NCBI GenBank assembly: GCA_943356675.1
Contig: CALRFQ010000002.1
Span: 1,433 to 65,432, forward strand
Source: Candidatus Nomurabacteria bacterium
GTDB taxonomy: Bacteria > Patescibacteriota > Minisyncoccia > Phycocordibacterales > UBA9973
Direction: 5' to 3'
Length of the DNA stretch: 64,000 nucleotides
Every line of letters starts with the position of its first letter. Positions within the stretch are counted from its first letter, which is position 1. Below the pieces are notes generated by a model that had not been told where the DNA came from, did no database searches, and was given only the letters and a program-made list of their open reading frames with translations. A program made the translations under genes and the position numbers. Positions 54,290 to 64,000 of this stretch are shown here, piece after piece.

Positions 54290-54318
54290 AAAAGCCCTCA
54301 TTTGAGGGCTTTTGTTTT
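54290..54318 (+). terminator. rho-independent terminator
   Basis: agccctca-tt-tgagggct followed by TTTTGTTTT. Confidence 0.6.
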
Positions 54319-54441
54319 ATTTGTTATAATAACGGAATGAATCCCGATAGAAATTTAACAGATCACAAATGTGATAAGTTATTTTATGGGATATTCGGTG
54401 CACTAAGTAATCACATTATAAATTAATAAATTTCACACGGG

Positions 54442-55116
54442 ATGAATAAGACATATACATTTTTAATTATTGCAATTGTTATGCTTGCTGGTGGGTATTT
54501 TGTATTTAAGAGTAATAGTACAGAGAACACACCTAAGTCGATAGAAGAAGCAAAAAATGAGCAAGATAAATTATTGAATTTAGTAGCGGGAGAGAAGGGT
54601 GAGTCACAAATTATTAATAAAGAAGTAACTAAGAAAAATATTATGAAAGCAACACTACACACAACAAAAGGAGATATCACTATAGAATTCGGTAGCACTA
54701 CACCAAACACAGTGGCAAACTTCGTAAAATTGGCAGGAGAAGGATTCTATGATGGTGTGAAGTTCCACCGCGTGATAAAAGGATTTATGATTCAAGGTGG
54801 AGATCCACTTACCAAGGATGATAGTAAGATGGCTATGTGGGGCACTGGCGGACCAGGATACAAATTTGAAGACGAACTAACAGCTACAAATAAAAACGAC
54901 GTAGGCACTATCTCAATGGCAAACTCAGGACCAAATACAAATGGTAGCCAATTCTTCATCAACGTAAATGCGAATAACTTCCTAGATGGAAAGCACGTAG
55001 TCTTCGGAAAGGTAGTAAAAGGCATGGATGTAATCACAGCTATCGAGAATACTCCGACCGCTCCTGGGGATAGACCTCTTGAAGCAATGGTTATAAAGAG
55101 CGTTACCCTAGAATAG
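54442..55116 (+). CDS. cyclophilin-type peptidyl-prolyl cis-trans isomerase with N-terminal signal/TM segment
   Basis: FHRVIKGFMIQGGDP and GTISMANSGPNTNGSQFFI cyclophilin signatures. Confidence 0.85.
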   Translation: MNKTYTFLIIAIVMLAGGYFVFKSNSTENTPKSIEEAKNEQDKLLNLVAGEKGESQIINKEVTKKNIMKATLHTTKGDITIEFGSTTPNTVANFVKLAGEGFYDGVKFHRVIKGFMIQGGDPLTKDDSKMAMWGTGGPGYKFEDELTATNKNDVGTISMANSGPNTNGSQFFINVNANNFLDGKHVVFGKVVKGMDVITAIENTPTAPGDRPLEAMVIKSVTLE

Positions 55117-55169
55117 TCTAGATATAAAACAGTAGCTAATTTAAAAAATTTGTGGTATAATTATCACAT

Positions 55170-55742
55170 ATGAATATCACTTCCGCTACGTTTGTGAAAG
55201 GTGTCGTCGGGATTGATAAAGCCCTTGAACTTGGTATTCCTCAGGTAGCGTTTATCGGCCGCTCAAATGTGGGCAAGTCTAGCACTATAAATGCGATTTG
55301 TAATAATAAAAATTTAGTAAAATCAAGCTCTCATCCTGGTAAAACTCAAGAAATAAATGTTTTCCTCGTAAATAAAAATCTTCACCTTATGGATCTCCCT
55401 GGCTACGGCTATGCGAAGGCCTCTTTCACTGGGCGTGAAGCACTGGAGAAATTGATTTATGGATACTTACTTGATTCTCATTATAGTCAGAGGAAAGTTA
55501 TCCTAATTATCGATGCATTCGTAGGTCCGACGAAAGATGACCTCGCCATGCTACGTGCACTCGGTGAACACAGCAAGAACATTGTGATAGTTGCAAACAA
55601 GATTGACCAAGTAAAAAAATCTGAATTAGCTATTCAAATAGAAAAGATTCAAAAAAAAGTAGGTCATCACACACTCATACCTTTCTCTGCTACAAAAAAA
55701 ATAGGAGTAGTTGAGCTTGTGAATGAAGTACTAAGCGAGTAA
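55170..55742 (+). CDS. engB: ribosome-biogenesis GTPase EngB/YihA
   Basis: G1 GRSNVGKSS, DLPGYG and NKID motifs. Confidence 0.85.
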   Translation: MNITSATFVKGVVGIDKALELGIPQVAFIGRSNVGKSSTINAICNNKNLVKSSSHPGKTQEINVFLVNKNLHLMDLPGYGYAKASFTGREALEKLIYGYLLDSHYSQRKVILIIDAFVGPTKDDLAMLRALGEHSKNIVIVANKIDQVKKSELAIQIEKIQKKVGHHTLIPFSATKKIGVVELVNEVLSE

Positions 55743-55782
55743 ATCTATACTCCAAAATTTGTTTGCATGTTATAATAGACAT

Positions 55783-56973
55783 ATGTCGCCTAGAGCAAAA
55801 AGGGAATTTTATTACATGATGAATACCATGCTTATTGTCATACTTTTTGCTATGGGTAAATTCATGCTTTATGATCCTTATATTAAAGGTCATGATGATG
55901 TAAATACAAATACTCTTACTGCACAAGCAAGCGATGTGGTAAGTGAAATGCCTACTGTCGTGCAAAGTAAAAAAATTACTCTGATCGCAGTCGGCGATGT
56001 GATGATGCACCAGAGTGAGCTCTCGGCTGGGTACGACAAGAAAACTGACACTTACAATTTCGATAATTTATTTACAAATATTAAATCGTATTTGGAAGGG
56101 GACATCGTCTATGCGAATTTGGAAACTCCAGTGGCAGGTAAAGAGCTTAAGTATTCTGGCTATCCGAATTTCAATGCACCAGCTGAATTACTAACTGCAC
56201 TTAAGAATAATAACTTCACACATTTATCTCTTGCCAACAATCACACACTCGACAGAGGTGCGAGAGGTCTTACAAACACTGTGAAGAATGTGACAGATAT
56301 GGGATTCACAGCATTAGGCACAAGGAGTGATAGTAAAAAGGTGAATTTTGAAATTACAGAGAAGAATGGACTTCGTGTCGGATTCCTATCTTACACATAC
56401 GGCACCAACGGCCTGAAGCTAAGTGATAAAAATTCATTTATGCTTTCTTATATAAATAAAGATCAGATAAAGAAAGATATTCTAGACTTGAAGAAAGAGA
56501 ATATCGATGCAGTTATTGTGACACTACATTTCGGAGAGGAATATAAACTCACACAAAATAAATTTCAAGAAGACATAGCGAAGCTAGCGTGTGATAACGG
56601 TGCAGACATTGTGCTTGGTTCACATCCGCATGTACTTCAGCCGATAAAGTATCTAAATAATGGAAAGTGCTTGGTGGCGTACTCACTTGGGAACTTCATC
56701 TCTGGTATGAGCGCAACTTATACTGACCTCGGTGGAATTTTGAAAGTAGAAATTTCTATAGAAAATGATCTTCTTAAGACTACTCCGGATTTTATAGGTA
56801 CATGGGTGAAGAGAAGTACAGATAGTAGTGGATTAAAGAATTTCACCATCGTGCCACTTGATGTAGATAAAATCCCAGAAAGTATAAAAATCACAAAAGT
56901 AGAGGAGGCTCGCCTTAAGAATTACCGGAATTTCATCGATACTAGGATTAAAACCTACACTTTAAAGCCCTAG
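55783..56973 (+). CDS. CapA-family metallophosphatase (poly-gamma-glutamate capsule synthesis-like)
   Basis: IAVGDVMMH start of the calcineurin-like domain and later GSHPHVLQP. Start set at 55783 (MSPRAK) because TGTTATAAT at 55768-55776 lies inside the ORF-track-extended frame. Confidence 0.65.
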   Translation: MSPRAKREFYYMMNTMLIVILFAMGKFMLYDPYIKGHDDVNTNTLTAQASDVVSEMPTVVQSKKITLIAVGDVMMHQSELSAGYDKKTDTYNFDNLFTNIKSYLEGDIVYANLETPVAGKELKYSGYPNFNAPAELLTALKNNNFTHLSLANNHTLDRGARGLTNTVKNVTDMGFTALGTRSDSKKVNFEITEKNGLRVGFLSYTYGTNGLKLSDKNSFMLSYINKDQIKKDILDLKKENIDAVIVTLHFGEEYKLTQNKFQEDIAKLACDNGADIVLGSHPHVLQPIKYLNNGKCLVAYSLGNFISGMSATYTDLGGILKVEISIENDLLKTTPDFIGTWVKRSTDSSGLKNFTIVPLDVDKIPESIKITKVEEARLKNYRNFIDTRIKTYTLKP

Positions 56974-57004
56974 AAATAGGACTTTTTTGTGCTATAATTC
57001 ATTT

Positions 57005-58030
57005 ATGACAAATAAAAATATTCAACTTTATTTCTTCCTCGGGTTACTTATATTAATATCCGTTTTTAATTTATTTATATTCTTACCATTCATAAAGCTT
57101 TTTGCTGTTGTGGGAATATTTGCAGTCGTGTTCTTCCCAATGTTTGAAAGGATTAAAAAGTATGTAGCGTCCAATGGCTCTATAGCTGCAGTGCTTACTA
57201 TCCTTGCGGTAGGAATAGTGGTTCTTATACCGGTTACATTCTTTACATTTCAGGTGTTTGGTGAAGCGAAAGTATTATATATGAATGTTGGAAATTTCCA
57301 CGACACATTAAATGTACTTTCTGCGAATTTGAATAATAGACTTGCAGACTTCGTGCCAGCTGGCTCCATCGATCTTTCCTCATACATGTCTTCAATGTTT
57401 AATAAACTACTAAATAATCTTGGAGGAATATTTTCTGGCATAGCTTCATCTATACCGATAATTTTCCTAAGTACGATTTCTTTATTCTTCTTCTTGCGCG
57501 ATGGTAGGGGGTTTGTCGAGAGAATGATAAAAATTAGCCCACTCGATGATACTCATGATGTTCAGATACTTACTAAATTAAAGAAAGCGATCAATTCTAT
57601 AGTTAAAGGTACACTTATGATGTCTGGCATACAAGGGCTTATGGCTTGGTTCGGATTTATGATGTTTGGCGTGCCATCTGCTGCACTCTGGGGTGCTCTT
57701 ACAATATTTGCTGCGCTTATCCCAGGTGTGGGTACTGCGCTCGTTGTTGTGCCTGCTATCGTTTACCTTATCTTTACTGGAGGAAGTTTGTTCTCAATCA
57801 TTGGTCTTGCAGTATGGGGCATATTTATCGTTGGCCTCGTGGACAACTTCGTCCGTCCAATACTCGTCGGTAAAGATGTCGACATACATCCATTCCTTAT
57901 TATGATGTCTGTGTTTGGAGGACTTATTGTATTTGGTGCACTAGGTTTTCTTCTTGGTCCACTAATACTCTCACTATTTTCAGCACTCATTGAGATATAC
58001 CCGATAGTGACAAAGAAAGTTCTACAATAA
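57005..58030 (+). CDS. AI-2E (PerM/UPF0118) family transporter
   Basis: 8-TM topology pattern and central GLIPGVGTALVVVP region. Start at MTNKNIQ follows TGCTATAAT by 6 nt. Confidence 0.7.
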   Translation: MTNKNIQLYFFLGLLILISVFNLFIFLPFIKLFAVVGIFAVVFFPMFERIKKYVASNGSIAAVLTILAVGIVVLIPVTFFTFQVFGEAKVLYMNVGNFHDTLNVLSANLNNRLADFVPAGSIDLSSYMSSMFNKLLNNLGGIFSGIASSIPIIFLSTISLFFFLRDGRGFVERMIKISPLDDTHDVQILTKLKKAINSIVKGTLMMSGIQGLMAWFGFMMFGVPSAALWGALTIFAALIPGVGTALVVVPAIVYLIFTGGSLFSIIGLAVWGIFIVGLVDNFVRPILVGKDVDIHPFLIMMSVFGGLIVFGALGFLLGPLILSLFSALIEIYPIVTKKVLQ

Positions 58031-58034
58031 TTTC

Positions 58035-58769
58035 ATGAATAAGAATACTATTAAATTCATAAAGTTACTTCATCTGAAGAAGTTCCGTAAAGAAGAGGGG
58101 ATGTTCCTCGTGGAAGGAGAGAAAAGTATAATTGAACTATCGAAGTCGGACTTCGATATTGTAAATATTTATATTACACGAGAAATATTTGAAAAGTATC
58201 GGGAAGAATTTCGGAAATTTGATGCTATATCTGAGATAGTTACAGAAGAAGATTTGACGAAAGCTAGCACTCTTGAATTCAACGATACTGGGATTGCTAT
58301 CGTGAGAGAAAAAGAAAATATAGAATTTGAAATCGGAAATGAGTTAGTGGTAATGCTTGATGAAATCCGTGACCCAGGAAATCTTGGTACAATTATCCGC
58401 ACTTCTGATTGGTATGGAGTAAAGAAAATTATTTGCAGTGAGACGACTGCGGAATTTTATAATCCGAAAGTGATTGCCGCATCTATGGGCTCGTTCACAA
58501 GGGTTAATATTTTCTATACAGATTTAAAAGACTATTTAGAGAAAAATAATAATGTGAAAGTCTTGGGAGCGCTACTCGATGGCAGTGATGCACACACTTT
58601 CTCATACCCTGATTCTGGAATACTACTCATGGGCAATGAATCAAATGGTATTCATGCTGACCTTACGCCATATATCACAGATAAGATTACAATCCCTCGC
58701 TACGGCAAAGCAGAATCGCTAAACGTATCCATGGCAACCGGCATCCTCCTCGACAACTGGAAAAGATAA
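58035..58769 (+). CDS. SpoU/TrmH-family RNA 2'-O-methyltransferase
   Basis: VMLDEIRDPGNLGTIIRT, LLMGNESNG and SLNVSMATGIL motifs. Confidence 0.75.
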   Translation: MNKNTIKFIKLLHLKKFRKEEGMFLVEGEKSIIELSKSDFDIVNIYITREIFEKYREEFRKFDAISEIVTEEDLTKASTLEFNDTGIAIVREKENIEFEIGNELVVMLDEIRDPGNLGTIIRTSDWYGVKKIICSETTAEFYNPKVIAASMGSFTRVNIFYTDLKDYLEKNNNVKVLGALLDGSDAHTFSYPDSGILLMGNESNGIHADLTPYITDKITIPRYGKAESLNVSMATGILLDNWKR

Positions 58770-58770
58770 T

Positions 58771-58802
58771 AAAAAATAGAGCCATATGGCTCTATTTTTT
58801 TT
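58771..58802. terminator. bidirectional rho-independent terminator
   Basis: aaaaaatagagccatatggctctatttttttt. Confidence 0.65.
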
Positions 58803-58992
58803 ATCTTCTTTCCCTGCGGCGTTCATAACGACTATCTTCTTCCTCTTCAATTTTTTCTTTAGTTATGCCGCAATTTGGGCATACTCCACCTACGAGTTTG
58901 ATATTACAATCGGGGCACATTATATCGTCGCCAGTATTTGCTACTGGGGCATCTTCGATCGACAAATTTTCCATATATTCTTCGTAATCCAT
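58801..58992 (-). CDS. small zinc-ribbon protein (63 aa)
   Basis: CPDCN...CPNCG pair followed by an acidic/basic tail. It is convergent with the SpoU gene and shares the terminator. Confidence 0.35.
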   Translation of the reverse strand: MDYEEYMENLSIEDAPVANTGDDIMCPDCNIKLVGGVCPNCGITKEKIEEEEDSRYERRRERR

Positions 58993-59036
58993 ATGAAATA
59001 ATATATCATATCCCCATATTTAATCAAAAATAGCCT

Positions 59037-61727
59037 ATGAATTATGGTATAATTACGACTATGGAATGGTACACACAAACTAGTGAGCAAATATTTACTC
59101 ATTTTGATTCAAATGAAAACGGGCTATCGAAAGAGCAGGTCCTGATCAAACGCGAGAAATACGGAGAGAATAAATTGCCAGTTGCTGAAAAGACCACATA
59201 CTTTGAAATTTTCCTTCGTCAATTTCAGAGCTCGCTCATATATGTGCTTCTCGCTGCATGCGTGATTGTATTCATCATGGGTGATTATGGTTCAGGATTT
59301 TTTATCGGCATAGTTTTAATTATTAATGCAATTATTGGAACAATACAAGAAGGTAAAGCTCAGAATACACTTGAAGCACTTAATCATCTTGTGGATACTG
59401 AAGCCACCGTACTACGCTCAGGGATTGAACTTATTGTAAAGGATAGTGAGCTCGTTCCTGGAGATATTGTTCTCCTAAAAGAAGGAGATAAAATTCCAGC
59501 AGACACGAGAATAGTGAGTGCAGAAGATTTTACTATAGATGAATCATCTCTTACTGGTGAATCAGCAAACATTCATAAAAAAAGCGGAACGATTATTGGA
59601 AGTAATCTAAATATTCAAGACCAAAACAATATGGTTTTCCGTGGGACTTATGTGCTTTCAGGGACGGCAAAAGCTATCGTTGTAGCGACAGGTATTTACA
59701 CATTCATTGGAAATATTTCTGTAAAATTAAAATCTCTCGATACTGATGTGCCGCTCAAAGCTGATATAAAAAGATTGTCGAATGTACTCATTATAATTGT
59801 TTGTGTAATTGTCGTCATAATGTTTTTCCTTGGAGTATACTCTGGTATTCCAGTGCGTGAGATGTTCTCAATAGCGGTGGCAGTGGCAGTATCTGCAGTG
59901 CCGGAGGGACTCCCTGTAGTGGTGACGCTAATACTCGCGACAGGTGTGAGTAGGATGAGTAAAAGAAATGCGCTGGTGAAGAATCTGCAATCAGTGGAAG
60001 CGCTCGGACAGGCAGACATAATCGCTGTGGACAAGACTGGCACTCTTACACTCAATCAAATGATGGTTACAGAGGTTTATACTGCAAATGGCCTTTATGA
60101 AGTCACTGGTAATGGCTATGAGCCGAAGGGTATGATAAAAGAATCTGGTAATCAAGTGGACTATACTTCACGTCCTGACCTAATGTATGTAGGCAAGATT
60201 TCTTCACTTACTGTGAGGGCTCATATTGCATACAATGAAGAGAAGGATTCTTGGCAGAGAGTTTCTGGAGATCCTACCGAAGTGGCACTACTCGTATTTG
60301 CACAGAAATTGGGACTAAATAAATTTGTACTAGAAGCAGAGAATCCAAAGATAAGTGAAATACCATTTAGTTATAAAAATAAATTCCATAGTACTTTAAA
60401 TGAAGTTCACGGGAAGAAAGTCTATTTCGTTGCTGGCTCACCGGAAGTAATACTTAAAGCTTCAAAAGAAATATTATTTAGTAATAAAAAGATTCCAATT
60501 ACTGATGAAAAATATAAGGAATTAGAAGTGGAACTAAGTAAAATGCTTGCGAAAGGACTCCGAGTACTTGGGCTTGCTGTTGCGGAGCATCACAATACTG
60601 AAGTAGATCAAAATGAGTTACCAAAGCTTACATTTGTAGGTTTCGTGGGCATAGAAGACGCGATAAGAGTGGAGGTGGCAGATGCTGTAGCACGCTCGAA
60701 GGCTGCTGGAATACGCGTGGTGATGATCACTGGAGACCATGTAGACACTGCGAAAGCTATTGGGAAAATTGTGGGAATTTATACGGATGGTGATGATGTG
60801 ATTACAGGTGATGAGCTAGACACTCTAAGTGCTACAGAAATAAAAAGTAGAATCGTGAAGACTAGCCTTTTTGCTCGCGTGAATCCAGAGCACAAGATGG
60901 CAATCATAAATGCATATAAAAGTGCGGGGCTCATCGTGGCTATGACTGGAGATGGTGTGAACGATGCGCTCTCACTTGCTGCAGCGGACCTAGGGGTGGC
61001 TATGGGTAAGATCGGTACTGAGGTGGCGAAAGAAGCCGCAGACATTGTGCTCCTCGATGACAACTTCGGAAGCATTGTATCTGCTGTGGAAGAAGGCCGG
61101 AATATTTACAATACAATTAAAAAGGTGGTGATGTATTTGCTCTCAACAGGACTCGGAGAAATATTTGCTATTGCGGGAGTGATGGTGCTTGGGCTTGATA
61201 TGCCATTTACTGCAAGCCAGATCATATGGCTCAATTTCGTGACAGATGGATTCCTTGTGGCGGCTATTGCACTTGAGCCAAGTGAGCCCGGCATCTTAAA
61301 TGAGAAGAAGAGAAAGGGGGATAGTAAGTTGCTCACTTTCCCTATGCTTGTGCGAATGTTCATCATGGGATTTGTGATGATGGCAGGCACACTATTCTTG
61401 TATAAATTCTATTCTGCTGATTTCCTGAAAGCTTCGACCGTGGCAGTGACAGTGCTCGCTGTGTATCAATGGATGAATGCGCTCAACTGCCGAAGTGAAA
61501 AGAAATCGATTTTCAAAATTAACTTTTTCTCAAATATATATTTGGTTTTGTCACTTATGGCAGTGTTCCTACTACAGTTCGCTGCAGTATACGTGCCATG
61601 GTTTAATAATTTCCTAAGTACTACACCGATTGGATTTTATGACTGGGTGATTATTATGATAGTCTCACTTTCTGTGATCGTGGTAGATGAAATTTACAAA
61701 TTCCTAGTATATGGTAGAATGCGCTAA
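59037..61727 (+). CDS. P-type cation-transporting ATPase (Ca2+/Mg2+ type II-like)
   Basis: TGES, DKTGTLT phosphorylation site, MTGDGVNDALSL hinge, PEGLP, and 10-TM layout. Confidence 0.85.
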   Translation: MNYGIITTMEWYTQTSEQIFTHFDSNENGLSKEQVLIKREKYGENKLPVAEKTTYFEIFLRQFQSSLIYVLLAACVIVFIMGDYGSGFFIGIVLIINAIIGTIQEGKAQNTLEALNHLVDTEATVLRSGIELIVKDSELVPGDIVLLKEGDKIPADTRIVSAEDFTIDESSLTGESANIHKKSGTIIGSNLNIQDQNNMVFRGTYVLSGTAKAIVVATGIYTFIGNISVKLKSLDTDVPLKADIKRLSNVLIIIVCVIVVIMFFLGVYSGIPVREMFSIAVAVAVSAVPEGLPVVVTLILATGVSRMSKRNALVKNLQSVEALGQADIIAVDKTGTLTLNQMMVTEVYTANGLYEVTGNGYEPKGMIKESGNQVDYTSRPDLMYVGKISSLTVRAHIAYNEEKDSWQRVSGDPTEVALLVFAQKLGLNKFVLEAENPKISEIPFSYKNKFHSTLNEVHGKKVYFVAGSPEVILKASKEILFSNKKIPITDEKYKELEVELSKMLAKGLRVLGLAVAEHHNTEVDQNELPKLTFVGFVGIEDAIRVEVADAVARSKAAGIRVVMITGDHVDTAKAIGKIVGIYTDGDDVITGDELDTLSATEIKSRIVKTSLFARVNPEHKMAIINAYKSAGLIVAMTGDGVNDALSLAAADLGVAMGKIGTEVAKEAADIVLLDDNFGSIVSAVEEGRNIYNTIKKVVMYLLSTGLGEIFAIAGVMVLGLDMPFTASQIIWLNFVTDGFLVAAIALEPSEPGILNEKKRKGDSKLLTFPMLVRMFIMGFVMMAGTLFLYKFYSADFLKASTVAVTVLAVYQWMNALNCRSEKKSIFKINFFSNIYLVLSLMAVFLLQFAAVYVPWFNNFLSTTPIGFYDWVIIMIVSLSVIVVDEIYKFLVYGRMR

Positions 61728-62227
61728 TGAAAATAACGCTGAAAGAAATCATTAAAAAGACCGAGAAGAACGAGCATTCCTGCGTGGTGATACTCGATGA
61801 GCTTACAGATGTGCACAATGTGGGAGCTATTATCCGTAGCTCTGTGGCTTCTGGCGCTGATGCAATCGTGGTAGGCAAGCACAATCAAGCTCCGATCAAT
61901 GAAACTGTGGCTCGCACTTCTGCAAACACTGTGGGTATGATTCCGATAATTGAAATGAATGTGAATGATGCAATACGCACACTCAAGGACAATAAATACT
62001 GGGTCCACGGGCTCTTCATGCAAGGAGGAAGTACTCTCTGGAGCAGTGACCTCACAGGCAAGGTGGCGATAGTAGTGGGCTCTGAAGGTGAAGGCATAAA
62101 TGACCTTACGAAAAAATTATGTGACTTCTCGCTCTCTATACCGATGGATAAAAAAGTGGAATCACTCAACGCTTCCGTCTCCGCAGCTATCGCACTCTAC
62201 GAACGCTTACGACAAATATCAAAGTAG
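61727..62227 (+). CDS. SpoU/TrmH-family RNA methyltransferase (short, TrmL/RlmB-like)
   Basis: VILDELTDVHNVGAIIRS, VVGSEGEGI and SLNASVSAAIALYE motifs. Confidence 0.7.
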   Translation: MKITLKEIIKKTEKNEHSCVVILDELTDVHNVGAIIRSSVASGADAIVVGKHNQAPINETVARTSANTVGMIPIIEMNVNDAIRTLKDNKYWVHGLFMQGGSTLWSSDLTGKVAIVVGSEGEGINDLTKKLCDFSLSIPMDKKVESLNASVSAAIALYERLRQISK

Positions 62228-62384
62228 TGTATAATATAAATATATTATTAATTTAATTTAAATAAATTATATGGGAAAAGGAGATCATAGAGTAAAAAAG
62301 GAAGTGAAGAAGCCAAAGAAGGATAAGAAGAAATAGTTTTCATGAAGTCACCCGAAAGGGTGATTTTATGTTATAATAGCTCTT

Positions 62385-63386
62385 ATGATAATGATTGGAA
62401 TATTTATACTACTGATGGCTTCAGGCTTCTTCTCGGCCCTCACACTCGCTTATATGACCTTTGACATGAGTGTGCTTGAGCGCATGGCAAAGCAGAAGAA
62501 TAAAGATGCCATAGCCGTACTTTCTATTCGTAAACATGGTATGAAGCTCCTGGCGACGCTTATTCTGGGTACAAATCTCGCAAACGCTTTTGCTACGGTG
62601 CTCATTGGTGACCGCTTCAGCGGCTTTGTGACGGGTATAGTTTCTGCTGCACTCATCTTCCTGCTTGCAGATGTTTTCCCTCAATCTTTCGGTAGTCGGC
62701 ATGCACTCAAGCTCGGTAGCTTCTGTGCACCATTTATGAAATTGCTCTTATTTATTTTTTATCCTATCACTGCACCTATTGCATACTTGCTTAAGAAAAT
62801 TCTTGGTGAAGAAAAGATTAATAAACTTTCAAAAGTTGATTTGCTTTCCATACTAGACGAAGATGAGAAAAATAATGTCCTCGGGGTTGATCATGATGAG
62901 CGCCGTATCGCTCGCGGATCACTCTCATTCTCGACACGCAGAGTTTACAACACAATGACTCCAAATACTGTAGTGAAGACTATTTCCTCAGGTGCAGTGC
63001 TCGACCAAGTAGCGCTCCTTGAACTTCGTGATACTGGATACTCACGTATACCTGTGTATGAGAATGACCACAATAATTTCATAGGAATTTTATATTTGAA
63101 AGATCTGATTGGCATACCAGTACCAAGTAATGTGAAAGATGTAATGGACCGCACTGTGCACTTTGTGCACGAACAAGATCCACTTGATAAAGTGCTCGGT
63201 GAATTCATATCAACGAAGATGCATCTTTTCGTGGTGCTCGATGAATTCGGCGGATTTACTGGAGTGATTACAGTGGAAGATATTCTTGAAGAAATCATTG
63301 GCCAAGAAATAATGGATGAAGATGATGTGATTCCAGACCTCCGCTCCTTCGCTCGTGCCCGCCAGAAAAATAAGATGGATAAATAA
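62385..63386 (+). CDS. CNNM/CorC-type DUF21 + CBS-pair domain protein (HlyC/CorC family)
   Basis: N-terminal 4-TM DUF21, then tandem CBS (RIPVYENDHNNFIGILYLKDL ... HLFVVLDEFGGFTGVITVEDILEEI). TGTTATAAT lies about 7 nt before the ATG. Confidence 0.8.
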   Translation: MIMIGIFILLMASGFFSALTLAYMTFDMSVLERMAKQKNKDAIAVLSIRKHGMKLLATLILGTNLANAFATVLIGDRFSGFVTGIVSAALIFLLADVFPQSFGSRHALKLGSFCAPFMKLLLFIFYPITAPIAYLLKKILGEEKINKLSKVDLLSILDEDEKNNVLGVDHDERRIARGSLSFSTRRVYNTMTPNTVVKTISSGAVLDQVALLELRDTGYSRIPVYENDHNNFIGILYLKDLIGIPVPSNVKDVMDRTVHFVHEQDPLDKVLGEFISTKMHLFVVLDEFGGFTGVITVEDILEEIIGQEIMDEDDVIPDLRSFARARQKNKMDK

Positions 63387-64000
63387 TATGGACAACAGCC
63401 AAGAACAATTTGACGTGATAGTTATCGGTGGTGGTGCGTCTGGCATGATGGCAGCGGCTGTAGCAAGCAAGGAGAAGAAGACAGTGCTCGTGATCGAGAA
63501 GAACTATATGCTCGGTGCGAAGCTAAGGATTACTGGCGGCGGCAGATGCAACATCACAAATGATGAGGACGACATAAGAGTCTTTATGAAATACTATGGG
63601 AAGGCTGAACCATTCCTTTATTCTGCATTTTCAGAATTTGATAAGAATGACACTTTTAAATACTTCGAAGAGCGTGGGCTGCCACTCGTGGTGCAGGCAA
63701 GGAAGCGCGCATTCCCGCATACAGAGCGCGCAGAAGATGTGTGCCAAGTGATGGAAAAGGATTTGAATAATGCATATGTAAAAATCAAATTAAATACTCG
63801 CGTCGAGAAAATTCTCCACGATGGCAAGAAGATCACAGGAATACTCACAAACAAAGGTAGCTTCACAGCCGGCTCATACATACTCGCAACTGGCGGGCTC
63901 TCACACCCAGAGACTGGTGCGACTCGTGACGGATTCGACTTTATGAAAGATTTAGGTCACACAGTAAAGGAGCCTACACCTAGTATCGTGCCGCTTGAAG
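63387..64000 (+). CDS. HI0933/YhiN-family FAD-dependent flavoprotein, 3' end outside window
   Basis: FDVIVIGGGASGMMAA dinucleotide-binding motif and LGAKLRITGGGRCNITN family signature. No stop codon before the window end. Confidence 0.65.

Noticed and set aside
62271-62336. 21-codon ORF MGKGDHRVKKEVKKPKKDKKK between the SpoU-like gene and corC
   Set aside because: It is too short and compositionally trivial (Lys-rich from an A-rich intergenic region) to call. I cannot distinguish it from noise, though a small basic peptide is not excluded.

Overview
This 64-kb window comes from an AT-rich bacterial genome. Its compact enzymes (a pyruvate kinase missing two domains, a short MetK) and many leaderless gene starts suggest a reduced-genome lineage, possibly CPR/Patescibacteria-like; that lineage call is inference.

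Core content:
- A truncated dcw cluster: mraZ-rsmH-ftsL-ftsI-murF.
- A glycolytic block: ldh, a MOFRL-type glycerate kinase, eno, a minimal pyk, a DHOD-like gene, and gapA elsewhere.
- Housekeeping genes: greA, lysS, prs, obg, gatB, engB, a PIN/PhoH-like protein, rmuC, a dnaQ-like exonuclease, yqeY, a P-type ATPase and SpoU methylases.
- One tRNA-Glu(CUC).
- A SAM-I-type riboswitch in front of metK.

The most notable region is about 15.4 kb wedged between msrA (ends 36689) and msrB (starts 52103), genes that are usually adjacent or fused. It contains:
- A tightly packed, AT-rich six-gene operon (37262-46221): an SF2 helicase with a long C-terminal extension, an amino-methyltransferase, a C5-cytosine methyltransferase, a DUF3883-like nuclease-domain protein, a GIY-YIG/DUF4357-like protein and a DUF2779-like protein. 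I could not map it onto a canonical Type I/II/III R-M, BREX, DISARM or Dnd layout, so it is a candidate uncharacterised defense system.
- Immediately downstream, a second, near-identical copy of the SAM riboswitch core with its promoter, driving a small Cys-rich ORF of unknown function.
- A cassette-like series of small unrelated genes (Fic/RhuM, DUF397, PhnA-like, EVE, ArsR, DUF1905 and others), each followed by a member of three families of 34-bp palindromic repeats, plus roughly 250-bp direct repeats carrying DUF2726 gene remnants on either side of the Fic gene.

Other points:
- A duplicated tRNA-Glu 3' end brackets a 190-bp GC-rich insert.
- A secreted Gly/Tyr/Ser/Asn low-complexity protein.
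- A recurring TGnTATAAT -10 element placed 6-9 nt upstream of ATG, implying leaderless mRNAs.
- Several GC-rich patches that suggest horizontal acquisition.

I found no rRNA genes, CRISPR arrays, transposases or integrases.
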